Source: Scyliorhinus canicula
Lineage: Eukaryota
Direction: 5' to 3'
Assembly: GCF_902713615.1 (NCBI RefSeq)
Contig: NC_052156.1
Span: 40,532,776 to 40,596,775, forward strand
DNA: 64,000 bases
A program made the position numbers and the translations under genes. The notes beneath the pieces are model-generated. The model was not told where the DNA came from, did no database searches, and was given only the letters and a program-made list of their open reading frames with translations. Shown here piece by piece: positions 24,958 to 37,599 of this stretch (the stretch's first letter is position 1; every line of letters starts with the position of its first letter).

Positions 24958-26009
24958 TAGTATTCTGTGCTTGCAGAAACTCTGTCATAATATCTAATAG
25001 TGTGAGGGGTAGTGGAGCCGATGCGGTGTATCTCCCTCCATCTGGAGTGTGCATCTACCAGGATCAATAACATGGAAAAAAGGCCCGGCAAAGTCCACAT
25101 GCATTCACACCCAAGGCCTGCCTGGTTACTCCCATGGATGAATGGAGGCCGAGGGAAGGAGTTTTTAATGTTTTTGTGTCCAAGTCCTAACTTACTTTGT
25201 AGACACTGACAAAGTTTCCAAAAGATTTAGGATCATCGTGACCTCTTTGAATACTGGTAAAGGAGCTGGGCTTGTGGGAAGATTGAGGCAACTGAACACA
25301 TTGGCGTTAGCTATCCGGATTCCAGGGTGGTGCTCTAAAAGGTATTCATAAACTGCAAATAACAGGGTCCAACCCTGTATCAGGGCAGAGGCAGTGGGGG
25401 GGGGGGGGGGGGGGGAGAGAGAGATTGCCTGGGGTGGTTTGGCTACATTAAAGGAGCTATTGAAATGCAAGTTAATGTTTAGACCGTATAACCTGCTTTT
25501 CTTTTGTATACGAGGCAGAGGGAGAAAAGAGAGGAGATCAGACAAAATATTTTGAATCCATTTATAAATTGCAAACAGCCAATGCCAATATTATGTTGAC
25601 AGGAAGGAGTGTCTGTTATGTGAGAATGAAGGTTGCATTAATACATCTCAGTACCAGTTTGCTTTACCCTCAGACAGCCTCTAGCTGTCTGAAATGACTA
25701 GGCGGGAGGAGTGAATTAAATGTAGAATGGATGACTTCAGAAAATGTTAATGAATAATTGCTGCCACTCCAATGTTCAAAGGCATGTGTGCAGAGCATGT
25801 GGGTGTGTACATGTCAGAATAATGTTCTTTGCATTTCAAAAAGTTGGTGCTAATCATATGTTGCAATTGCCTGTGGCTCCTCTCGGGATCCAAATGCTTC
25901 TGCTATTTCTGCTCATAGTCTGAACATTGCCAAATAATCCCAGTGCAAAAGGTACAGTGCTGCCACAGAATACAGTCTGAAGAGGGCAAAGAGACACTCT
26001 TGATGAATA

Positions 26010-26770
26010 AAAACTTGCATTTGTGTAGTGCCTTTTACATCCGCATGATGTCCTAAAACACTTTACAGCAATGCAATACACTTTTTAAAAAAATTACAGT
26101 TGCTATTGTAATGTAGGAAGTGCAGCAACCAATTTGCACACAAGACCCCCAGTTCAGATAATCTGTTTTGTGATATTGATTGGGAGATAAATGTTGGACA
26201 GGGCACCAAGGATAACATGCCTACTCTTATTTGAAATAGTGCCATGGGATCTTTTACAGAACCATTTTGTGGCAAAGAGGGCCTCGGTTTAATGCCTCAT
26301 CCAAAAGACAGCACCTCCGACAGTGCAGCATTCCCTCAGCGCTGCATAGAATCCCGACAGTTCAGAACGAGGCCATTTGGACCATTGAGTCTGTACTGAC
26401 CCTCTGAAAGAGCACCCGACCTTGGCTCACTCCCTCGCCATCCCGTAACCCCATTTAATCGTTGGGACACCAAGGGGCAATTTAACATTGCCAATCCATA
26501 TAACCTGCACATCTTTGGACTGTGGGAGGAAACCGGATAAACTGGACATAATCCACATAGACATGGGCAGAAAGTGCAAAATCCACAGTCAGTCAACCGG
26601 TCAGAATTGAACCTGGGTCTCTGGTGCTGTGAGGCAGCAGTACTAACCACTGTGACACCCCACTGTACTGCAGTGGAGGGTCAGTCTTGATTTTTGTGCA
26701 AGGTCTGGAGTGGGATTTCAATCTGCATCTGGCTCCAATGTGAGAATGTTAACAGCTGAGCTGTGGCTGG
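26010..26770 (-). mobile_element. Deu-domain SINE (SacSINE1-like) with a nested HE1 SINE (about 26345-26660)
   Basis: Minus strand GCACTGTCGGAGGTGCTGTCTTTTGGATGAGGCATTAAACCGAGG..AAAAGATCCCATGGCACTATTTC is the Deu core. Confidence 0.8.
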
Positions 26771-26994
26771 TAGTGTTGTAACTGCAGACTGTCAAGCAAA
26801 GCTTTAATATTAATCAGGTGCCACATTTAAAGTCAGCAGCTGTGATGGGTAAAGAGACTATAACAAGAGCCAAACAGGTGCCAGCTTTGGCTCCAAAGCT
26901 ATCTATGTAGCCGCTTTGGAGCCAATCTGAATTAATGTTGAAGTCCAAATGCACATTATGATGTGAGACTTATGATCAGAGCTAAACTTGATTA

Positions 26995-27310
26995 AAAACA
27001 AAAACAGAAAATGCTGGAAATCCTCATCAGGTCAGGAAGAATCTGTGGAGAGAGGAAAGAGTTAACCTTTCAGGTAATGACCTTGCATCAGAATTGGAAT
27101 ATATTTTAAGTAAGTGAAAGGGGAAGGAAGAGTGGGAAGAGAACAAAAGGGTAAATCTGTAATAGAGTGGAAGACAGGAGAGATTAAGTGACAAAACGAT
27201 TGGTGGGCAGAGACCAAAGGGACTGGGAATGGAACCAGTAAAGGACCAAAAGATGCGCCTGGAGGAGGTGTGATTGGCAGATGATGGAGAGCTGCCATCT
27301 GAAAGCGGCA
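26995..27310. mobile_element. Penelope-like retroelement terminal relic
   Basis: AAAACAGAAAATGCTGGAAAT..CAGGTCAG..ATCTGTGGAGAGAG motif, repeated at about 29363-29497. Confidence 0.55.
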
Positions 27311-29362
27311 ACAAGGAAAGATTGTTGATCTTCCCAGCCAGTAAAATTGCTGTCCAATAGCAATCTCACATTATTGGTAGTGACACCATGATCCATCATG
27401 ATATCATTATGAGTACACAAAATGTAATTCCCTGCAGTGGCACAGTGATATCTCTTGTGGCTTAAGCAATGAGACCAGTAATTTGTGCAGACGCACTGGG
27501 TAAACCATTAGAACCATTAGAGTTGATCTGTGCACACAATATCGGGGTCTACATAGCACCTGGTTTACAGGGAAACTGACTGGCCTACGAAAGTATGGAA
27601 ACAGGAGATCAATGCACTGGGGTTGCTTTTCCAACACCCAGCTTGCAATATAAAAAAGCAGCTTCAGTCTAGGCTCACAGGCAAGGATTGGCCACTTGGG
27701 AGAGAACTGGAGGGTGACTGTGGTCGGTTGGAACGACTGCCCGGTGTGAGCTCCCAACTTCAGGAGAAGGTGCAGAGGGAATGAACTAAGTACTTATGGA
27801 TGAAAAAGGTGAGACTGGTCATTTTGAAGAAAAATTGGATGTATTCTTGTCCATGCATTTTAAAAGGAAGATCAAGTCACCAGTAACACATAGACCCAGA
27901 TAACAAATGTTTTCAAATCGTACACATACCATCAAATTTAGACAAAACTATGGCATCATATCAAATATCCCATTCTTCATTGGCTCTTTCTAATGTTTCA
28001 GTGTAAGGCAGATCAGCGATTTTTAAAAGACCGTTAAATAGATACATCAGTTGAAGAGCACGCTTTTTTTTTCAAAGCAGTGTCTAGCTCTTCAAGTGAA
28101 ATATCAGAGTTGTTCCATTTTGGATCAAACAGCCTTTATTCATCATTAGCTCATGAAACTGGCTGATGGTGGGCTTGTAAAATGGCTTTGAAAAGTAATC
28201 TGTCGGTACTCGGGCCAATTTTCCTTTTATCTCACTGAAAAGCAAAGACCTGTGTGTGTTGGTGTTCTGGCACACCCGATGGTATGCATTACTGGCTTGC
28301 CTGAGACGCAAGTTGCTATCTCAGGCAGCTAGCTACCAGCTCTGTCAGTGGCCTCCAGGCTTTTTTTGTGAAACCTCAGCTGTGTTCAGCTGCAGATCTC
28401 ACGCTATTCCCTGTGGAAAGCTAATTTACATCAGCTTGAGTTATACATCAGGTTACTCAAAATATTTTAGCTGCTCACATTCTAACTTTCTGAAGGTAGT
28501 CCCGGGTTTTCTTAAAAGCAAGTCACATTTTCCAGGATAAAATGTTGCTGTTAAACAAAGCTGGCAGCCGCCTCAGGAATTTCTATTCCTATGGTTACTA
28601 ACTGAAGTTCTTAAACGACTTTCTTTTAACTAGAGTAATATGTAATACACTAAAACTTTTGCACTTCTTTTTAGCAATGACCAGATAAAGAATATCTTTA
28701 CACGCTGGGTAAGTATTCAGCATGGCACTTGGTCATTACAAATCAGAAAATATAAGATCAATCTCAAGAAGACAACTATTCTTAACTTTTGTTAGAATAA
28801 TATAAACTCCACCCCACCCCACAAAATTCCATGGCTGTTTCAATGTACCCCTGCGATATCTTTGGGCTGAAGATTGCAGGAGCTGCCAGATCTCTGCACA
28901 GGACCTGGTATTACTGAGTTCCAGTCTTCCTGAAGTGTTTCCCCTTTGGCCTGTAGGGTCCCCACCCACCCTGGGATGCCCCCCTGGGTCAGTGGCAAAC
29001 GTTCCTGGTTTCTAGCATTGATATCCTGCTGATTCTCAAGGTCCAGATTTTTAACATATTGATGATTGATCAGTATTAGGAACAAGGGTACAAGGTTCCC
29101 TCTAGTTACTGGGACAAACCGCAGCTAGGAAATAGAATTTAAAAACTAAACCAGTTAAGCAGAACAGTCGAAGACAATAAAAATTAATTAAAAAGAAATG
29201 CATGTCAAATTAGTACTTAAAGATAAAGTATGGTAGGTTGCTAAATACAATGGGGACCAACAAGCTGTGTACACAAAGATTTGATGCATAACCACATTAA
29301 GCTACTGTTCGCAACTACTGTTCTGGGATGGCACTGAGAAGGAGCCAGGCACCTCCCTCTAA

Positions 29363-29497
29363 GTAAAAAGCAAATTACTGCAGATGCTGGAACCTGAAAC
29401 AAAAACAGAAAATACTGGATAACCTCAGCAGGTCTGACAGCATCTGTGGAGAGAGAAGGGAGCTAATGTTTCGAGTCTGGATGACTCTTTGCCAAAA
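29363..29497. mobile_element. Penelope-like retroelement terminal relic
   Basis: AAAAGCAAATTACTGCAGATGCTGGAA..CTCAGCAGGTCTGACAGCATCTGTGGAGAGAG..GTTTCGAGTCT. Confidence 0.6.
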
Positions 29498-30044
29498 CCT
29501 CCCGCTAAGTGGTGGGGAAACATTCTGAGAGAAGAGTTAATATTTTTCATTCTAAGCTTCACATTATTTTAGGAAGGTCTGGGAGCAAGTTACAGGCTGC
29601 AGGGAATGCATGACTCAGAACACTGGAAAGTCGACTTTATAACAATCTCACATTAAAACAAAATGCACTGCACCCTCAAGACATGTTAAAATCAATTGCG
29701 AAGAATGATGACTAACATCAATACCACTTTGTTTTATCCTATTCAATCCAGTCAATATTTTCTATTCAATATTTTCTTACTGTGTGAGCTAATAGCTTCA
29801 CTGGGGTATTAGTCAGAAGGTTGACTGAACCGGACAGTGTGAAAAAGTTGAACTATTATGCACCGCTGAATCATTCCTGACCTATGACTATATCTCCTTG
29901 TGTTAATTCAGCTCCCTAACTGTTCATCTTTCAGATCAATATCCATGATGATGTCATCACCATTCACTGTTGAAACAAAAACATTAAAAAGAAACATCCA
30001 ACATGCAACAAATGAATCCTACTGTTAATCAAAATGAATTGTAT

Positions 30045-31995
30045 CTATACTTTTCATTCCACCGTGCGACTAGGCAGGGAGGTCCTATGTCCTCCCTGTT
30101 GTTTGTACTCGTGATTGAGCCATTGGCCATCGCGTTAAGAAGTTCGAGGGTATGGAACGGGATAGTGCGGAGGGAGGGGGGGGGGATAGAGCATAGGGTG
30201 GCCTTGTATGCCAATGACTTGTTATTATATGTGTTGGAACCAAGTGTGTTAATAGGGGGTATACTGGAACTGCTTCGGGAGTTTGGGTCTTTCTCGAGGT
30301 ACAAATTAAAACTAGACAAGAGTGAATATTTTGGGGGCAGCAGTGGTTAGCTCTACTGCCTCACGGCGCCGAGGTCCCAGGTTCGATCCCGACTCTGGCT
30401 AACTGTGTTGAGTTTGCACATTCTCCCCGTGTTTGCGTGGGTTTCGCCCCCACAACCCAAAGATGTGAAGGGTGAGGTGTTCCAGAGGGTGAATGCCTCC
30501 ACATCGCGCGCGAGGTTGGGACTGATACAGCTGAAGGTGGTATATAGAGCGTGTTTTGTTATGCTTCTTCACGTAGCATAAGCTGCTTCCTTGATGTATA
30601 CTCTGACAAAGGAAAGTTCAGACTTGGAGATAGGTTTAATACATCTATTGAACAGTTAACAATTCTCCTACTTGAGTTTGGCTCTCCTGCTAATCTTACT
30701 ATAGTAACTCAGTCTAAATAACCAGTCTGCTCTCGTCCATGCAGTGGGTGTGATGCTTCCTGATCTGCCCCGTGTCTCTGAGTGTCACCTATGGAAAGAG
30801 AAAAAGCTTGTGTGCCCTGTCCCATTACCCCTTGTGGTAGTGTCACCCCTGGGTGTGTCGTGACTGCCCATTGGTCGTGTCCTATCTTACTGACCTATTG
30901 GTTGAATGTGTGTGTCATGATGCCTCTGGTGCTCCCTCTAGTGTTTATTTAGTCCTAGTGTATCTACATTAACCCCTTGTGTATTTACAGTGTCCTAGTG
31001 TATCTACATTTACCGCTTGTGTATTTACAGTGATGCATATAACCACAGAGTGCACCTCACAAGGGCGAGATTGAGCCGGCTCTGTGAGGGGGTAGACGAT
31101 GTGTGTAAACGTCGTGGGGTTGGGGGGGGGGGGGGGGGGGTCCGCAAACCACGTTCATACGTTTTGGTCCTGTCCAAAGCTGGAGGATTACTGGAAGGAG
31201 GTTTTTAGGGTAATCTCTAAAGTGGTGCCTGTGAAACTAGACCTGGGTCCTTGGGAGGCCATATTTAGCGTGTCGGACCAGCCGGGATTGGAAACGGGTG
31301 CAGAGGCAGATGTTGTAGCCTGCGCCTCGTTGATCACACAAAGGTGGATCCTATTGGGATATAGGTCAACCTCTTCACCCTGTGGGGAATTCTTGATTCT
31401 TGAACAGGTCAAGTTTGAACTGAAGGGAAAGGTGGAGGGGTTCTACAATTCATGGGCATCATTCATTATGCACTCTCGAGAATTGGATTACATCAAACAT
31501 TAGCGGGGGTTTGGGAGGGTTGGGGGTAGGGGGACTGACTGTATGTGTTAACGGTGACTATGGGCAGCACTGTGGCGCAGTGGGTTAGCCCTGCGCCTTC
31601 ACGGCTCCGAGGTCCCAGGTTCGATCCCGACTCTGGGTCACTGTCCGTGTGGAGTTTGCACATTCTCCCCGTGTTTGCGTGGGTTGCGCCCCCACAACCC
31701 AAAGATGTGCAGTCTAGGTGGATTGGCCATACTAAATTGCTCCTTAATTGGAAAATATTAATTGGGTACTCTAAAAATTATTTTTTTTAAAAATGGTGAC
31801 TATGGGTGATTCCTGATTCCAGTTTGTCATTTGTTTATGTTAACTTGCGGGCTACTGTTTGGGGGTTTGGTGGGAGGATGGGATTATTGTTGTTGCTATG
31901 GGGATTGACATTGCATTCATTACTGATTATTGTTTATTGTTGGTGGGTGTAAATTTGGGAGAAAATGTGAAAAAGGGGGAGAATAAAAATATTTT
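30045..31995 (+). mobile_element. L1-clade LINE ORF2 relic with internal deletion and nested SINEs and a solo LTR
   Basis: RT motifs RATRQGGPMSSLLFVLVIEPLA and ALYANDLLLY; C-terminal QLKVVYRAHLT and HTFWSCPKL; stop at 31503; 3' UTR with AATAAA at about 31982. SINEs at about 30333-30475 and 31562-31794 (TSD GGTGACTAT). Confidence 0.88.
30552..31047 (-). mobile_element. Solo LTR (496 bp) inserted in L1 ORF2
   Basis: TG...CA termini and 5-bp TSD GAGCG/GAGTG. Removing it restores the L1 frame VVYRAHLTR. Contains an internal tandem duplication of about 40 bp (30952-31031). Confidence 0.85.
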
Positions 31996-33367
31996 AAAGA
32001 AAGAATTAATTGTAGCTGATTTTTTAAAAAATCCTTCCTTCAGTTTAAGCCCATTAGTGGTCTTGGCAGAGCTTTTCCTAGCGAGAATGAGACCAGGAGT
32101 ATACAGCAGTACATTATAGGGAAAAGTATTCTAAATTTGGGTAATCGGAACTCGGGGGCATATCAGATGGGAGTAGGCGAAAGAATAGCTGGTTCAAGGT
32201 CTCAGCCTTTAAAAACTCTGAATACAACATTCAAGTTACTTGCCAAGTGATACGGTTACAATGGATGAAAGAGCTGTCTAATTTCTTTTCATGTGAAAAT
32301 ACGGGGGAGTTGTGGTCCATACGACTCAGAGTAAAAGGAGATGGTGAGGAGGGTGGGTGGGACAGAATACTGTGAATACAATTTTCCTCACTGGTGAGTG
32401 TGACCAAAACTGATCTTCGGTTGTGGGAGGGGGATGTCATGTGACTCTCAGTACCCACCCACAGATGCAATACTGTGATAATGGCAACATTGCACTCACT
32501 CACCACTTTTACAGATTACTAATTCTACCTGCTTCTTAACAGCATCTCTCTGGTAAGTGCCAAGAAAGTACATTCTGTCCCATCCTTATTACTAAACAAT
32601 ATATGTTTCTAATACAAAATTTATAAAGCCACAAAGTGGGAGAAATAACAGTGGAAGCACACAGAACAGCGTGAAAAACTGCAAACAATAAACATTTCCC
32701 CAACCAAATTGAGCTAATCTGTAATATATAAATAACTTTAGCTGCAAAAATCTAACCAATATCGGGAAAAATAACATCAGATGAATCAAATCAACATTAA
32801 CTGTCAGGCACACTGCATTCCTTTATGGAGAAGAATAATACCGAATTTCAGAATGTCCATTAGGGATGAGGGAACCAAGATACAAATAAAAATTACCACA
32901 TTTTAGAAATCCTCCCCAAATTCCTTGGATCATGAGCTCTCTCTTCTACTGCACTTCCTTTCCCACTGTTAATCATCACTGGTTGAATTTATACACACAT
33001 GGTTGACCATCTACTTAATCCAAGTCAGTACTGACTGCCATGTAACAAAGCATGCTGCCTTTTCAGAGATGAGCAGTACAATCCATTCTATAAATGTTAT
33101 TATTATCCTGTCGTTCCTGAATTTGAAATCTGCAGCTTGCTCGGTCAAACCCTGTTCCCAACAGGTTCAAAATGAGCGAGTGATTTACAACTCAGAATAT
33201 TCGCTCCTGTAATTCAGATGAGTTCACACTTTCAGTCGATACAATAGAGGATAAATTCAGACTTGCTTTAAATCCAGTTCAATCCCAGTTGCCCAATATG
33301 ACACAAAATAAACAAACAATGAAAAACATTCCTGTGGTAGAAAAGAATAATTAAACTTTTAATTAGA

Positions 33368-33810
33368 AAACATAGAAAGATTATGGTGCAGAAAGAAGCC
33401 CATCCTGTCTGTGAAGGCCAAAAAAAAGGGGAAAAAGAAACTAGCCGCTCATTTTAATCAATTTTCCAGCACTTGGTGCGAAACCTTGCAGGTTTGAGCA
33501 GTTTGTTGCAGATCCAGGTACCTTTTAAATGAGTTGAGCATTTCAGCCTCAATCACCAAATTAGGCAGCAAATTCCAGATACCCATCACCCTCTGCGTGA
33601 AGAAGTTTTTCCTCATGTCCCCTCTAATCCTCCTTCCAATCGCCTTAAATCTATATCTCCTGGCAACTGACTCCCGCAGCCAGGGGAAACAAGTCTTTCC
33701 TGTCCAGCATGTCTAGGTCCCTCATAATTGTTTACACCTCAATTAGGTCAACCTCAGCCTCCTCTGTTTTTAAGGAAGCCGACCCTAGTCTATCCAATTT
33801 CTCCTCATTG
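33368..33810 (-). mobile_element. CR1 LINE 3' fragment
   Basis: AAACATAGAA tail and CATCACCCTCTGCGTGAAGAAGTTT (FFTQRVMGIWN on the minus strand). Confidence 0.7.
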
Positions 33811-35369
33811 TTTGCAATTCTTCTGAAGATTTAAAAAAAATCAATGATTCATAGGTAGAGAATTCAATAGATTTAAAAAGGTTGCTGCCCTGGTTTAATT
33901 CTGAGCTTAAATTTAACCGTCTGATTCCTTTTCCGCAAGCACACATATCCCTTCAATGAATTTCATTAATGCATTTTGCGTTGATGCTTTGTCGGTTTAA
34001 TGAAAATGTAAATTTTGATTCTGAGCTCTTGCTCGAGAGTTACAATAACCTGACCCACCAATTTCAGATCCTCATTATTAATACAAGGAACTCGTCTGAA
34101 AGATGCAGTGTCAGCAAAGTGAGATGGTATCCATTGTATCCATTACAGATTTATTGTGCAGATTTTATTACAGGTTGTTTTTTTTTTAAGTGTCGTGTAC
34201 CCAGCAGAAAGGAAAACTATATTTGTAAACTATATGAAAAACGTATGGAGTTTCTTCCTACAACTGAAAGCCAGTTCTGTAAAATCAATATGGCCTGAAG
34301 CATTTTCCTCCTCATAATGGAACAATAAGCCCTGTAATGATGAGTGGTTAGAGATTGTTCAAGTCAGTGTTAGACAGGGACATTTGAGCTGCCTGATGTG
34401 TGTTCTAATATCAGTGTGACAAAGCCAGTTAAGCAATAACCTTTGATAGTTCACTGAACATGTCCCAACATCACCACTGCCAAAGGCAACAGGACCGAGA
34501 TGTTACCCTGAGTATCAGCAATTGATAGGTTGATTGTACAGTATTCTACAATTCCTACAAGATAAAGAATCGGGATATTCTTCAACCGACATGAAAGCCA
34601 GGATTGACTGTCACCCCAGCATTTCAGGACCTTTTGTGTTATGATAACATCTGAGTGTTCAGTTTCATACACTGCATTTATTCGATTTTCAATGTTCAGT
34701 CTAAATTGTATATTTTGAATGATTATTTTTAACAGACGTAATTTGACATCTGCTTTGCTTAAATTAAGCAAGCCCTGAAATGCTTAATATGCGGTCTGAC
34801 AATCGTTTGAGATATTTTCATATTTGTTACACAGTAAAGTTAGATCTATCATTTATAGACTACAGCAAGCTATATGCACCAGCAATAGGGTACTACGGTC
34901 CTTAGATGCTTTACTTACTGCAAGCTAAGCAACTAGAGATGAGGTTTTACATGAGAAAGGGGGCAAAAGGCCACTTTTATTGGAACTAACATCATCTGAA
35001 AAATCAAATTGGTGTGACAGCCCACAAATCCCTAACATTGCAAATCAGTCCATTACTCAAAAAGGAAGCGTATGACTGTTCCCAGGTGATGAACACATGT
35101 AATGCACCAATGATTCTCCACATGAGAGGTTGCAATGTGTGATTGACCTGATGAACTGATATGATAGGTCTCTTTTTTACAAATTAATAAGTCATTAAGA
35201 ATTGCAGAATTAATCAAAGTTAGAAACTACGTAATGTTTTCATTTTTTAAGGGGGGGGGAAACAAATCTATGGCTTTTCTCAGAAAGAGTCTTGCGCTTC
35301 CCCTCCCTCAGCCTCTCACACACTGTACTAGTAGCCAGCACTATATACAGTTCTCTGCTTATTCATGTG

Positions 35370-36216
35370 ATGAGAAGGAAAGCCCATTTTACAAGCCTGG
35401 ATGCCTCTGGATGCCTCATTGGCAGTGACATTCATTCAAATAGACTAAAGAACAATTGCTGTATGAGAGAGGAGGCACACACATAATTATTTCATTAAAG
35501 TGAACAACCAAAACTGTCAGAGCTAATTTATCAAGTAAATAATGAAAGGCCACAAGTTAATTTTCACATCAGGGTGGATAAAAAAAAACAACAATGTTTA
35601 CCAGCGTAAAAACTATGCAAAGAAAATACATACAAACAAGGAATAACAGGAGGCCATTTGGCCCCTTGAGCCTGCTCTGCCTTTTAATAAGATCCTGGCT
35701 GATCCAATAGCAGCCTCAGACCTGCATCCCGCCTGCCCCCGATAACTTCTCATCCCAAGAATCTATCCATCTCTCCCTTAGATGGTGCACGTAATCTAAC
35801 CAAACTGGAACAAAATCGCGTGATAAGCGCGTTTAGCCAGGTGCTTCCCTCAGGGTCTAATATAATTCAATCAAGTCACCTCTTACTCTTCTAAACTCTG
35901 ATGGGTACAAGCCTAACCTGTCCAACCTTTCTTTTAATTTTACAGTCCCTTATTATTATAGTTAACAAGACGATAAGGGCATCAACATTATTTGAGGCTT
36001 TTTTTTATCCACCCTGATGTGAAAATTAACTTGTGGCCTTTCATTATTTACTTGATAAATTAGCTCTGACAGTTTTGGTTGTTCACTTTAATGAAATAAT
36101 TATGTGTGTGTCTCCTCTCTCATACAGCAATTGTTCTTTAGTCTATTTGAATGAATGTCACTGCCAATGAGGCATCCAGAGGCATCCAGGCTTGTAAAAT
36201 GGGCTTTCCTTCTCAT
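35370..36216. repeat. Inverted repeat with 218-bp arms (35370-35587 / 35999-36216) around a spacer of about 410 bp containing CR1 relics
   Basis: Arms are reverse complements with one mismatch seen (GGAGGCACAC versus GGAGACACAC). Confidence 0.93.
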
Positions 36217-36232
36217 GTTTTAATGTCATTTC

Positions 36233-37034
36233 TGTAATATTCTTTGATTGGGCTGTTGTTGAATCTTGGTATTGTAGTGTGAACAAAGAACATTAAACTT
36301 TGCTTTATGAACAGTGACCCAAGGCTGGGATTCGAACCCGGGTCCTCAGCGCCGCAGTCCCAGTGCTGACCACTGCGCCAACCACTGCGCCACATGCCAC
36401 CCCGCCATTTTTCTTTTGTCTGAAGCTTCTTGGAGACCAAGAGCCTGCATGTAAAAAGTGAACAGTTGCTTGAAAGCATGCCGTTCACATCTACATGACC
36501 AGTCGTGAGCAGTTGGTTGGGAGTCTTCAATGCTTCCATCTCACTTCGACGACCCTGGTAGTATTTCATTTTACAGCCGATTTTCTCGAGACTGATTGTT
36601 CTCTTGTGTCTTCTCAATGTATCTAACTGTCCATGACTGTTCGCTTTCAACTCCCCACTCCTGGTACCATGAGGTTTTCTGATTGGGCTGATGTTTAATC
36701 TTATTGCAGTGTGAACAAAGAACATTAGACTTGCTTTATAAATAAAGTTACTTTTTACTAATACTACACTAATGAATAACTAAGATGTCTAAGATCAATA
36801 CAGTTGGAAATAATGGTCTAACACTAACTTACACTAAGATACTACAGAGCTACTCTAATATGCGACTGCTACAAACTCCTTACTAACGCATTCTCCTGAA
36901 GACATGGTGCGTCCGGGTCATGTGCCTGCATATTCGCACCACCTGCTGGTCGGATGCTGGAACTGCCACAGTTATATACATATTATTATTTACATAAAGA
37001 TGATAATACAGATGACAATCTACTTATCATCACA
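36233..37034 (-). mobile_element. Internally deleted Gypsy element: 5' LTR, PBS, gag stub, SINE head, end of 3' LTR
   Basis: 5' LTR 36670-37034; PBS TGGTACCAGGAGTGGGG; gag MEALKTPNQL..HAFKQLFTFYMQALG..SDKRK (one frameshift). 36233-36310 duplicates the LTR end. TSD ATTTC/GTTTC. Confidence 0.82.
36653..36669 (-). promoter_or_regulatory. Primer-binding site complementary to the tRNA-Leu(UAA) 3' end
   Basis: Plus strand CCCCACTCCTGGTACCA matches the vertebrate tRNA-Leu-TAA 3' terminus including CCA (from recall) and directly abuts the LTR end. Confidence 0.8.
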
Positions 37035-37391
37035 GTTTCCCATGTGAAAATACCCCTACTCTCTATGGTGGTTTCTGGAACACGCTATATTCTAACTGGA
37101 CATAAGGCAGTAAAGACACATAAGTCTACTTATAATAGATAACGATAACTTTCATCACATGTGAATATTTAGTGCAAGAAGCCAGAAATTATCACATCTT
37201 CTTTGGGCATTACACTGTTTACTTCTTTCCTTTATGGGTTCGGAGTAAAATTCAATCCCAACCAGGTTGAAAAATACATGGGAGCAGCGTGCTCACCTAT
37301 CTACACTCCACCTGCCACCTGTAACGCACCCTCACCTGCCATGTGTAATACACCTCACCTGTCCCTCTGAAATACTTGTCTTCCTATAATT

Positions 37392-37588
37392 AAAAAATAT
37401 ATAAATTTAAAGTACCCAATTATTTATTTTTTCCCAATTAAGGGGCAATTTAACGTGGCCAATCCACCTACCCTGCACATCTTTGGGTTATGGGGGTGAA
37501 ACCCACGCAGACACAGGGAGAATATGCAAACTCCAAACGGACGGTGACCCAGGGCCGGGATTCGAACCCGGGTCCTGAGCGCAGCAGG
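37392..37588 (-). mobile_element. HE1/V-SINE, 5'-truncated
   Basis: SINE consensus, TSD TGTCTTCCTATAA. Confidence 0.85.
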
Positions 37589-37599
37589 TGTCTTCCTAT

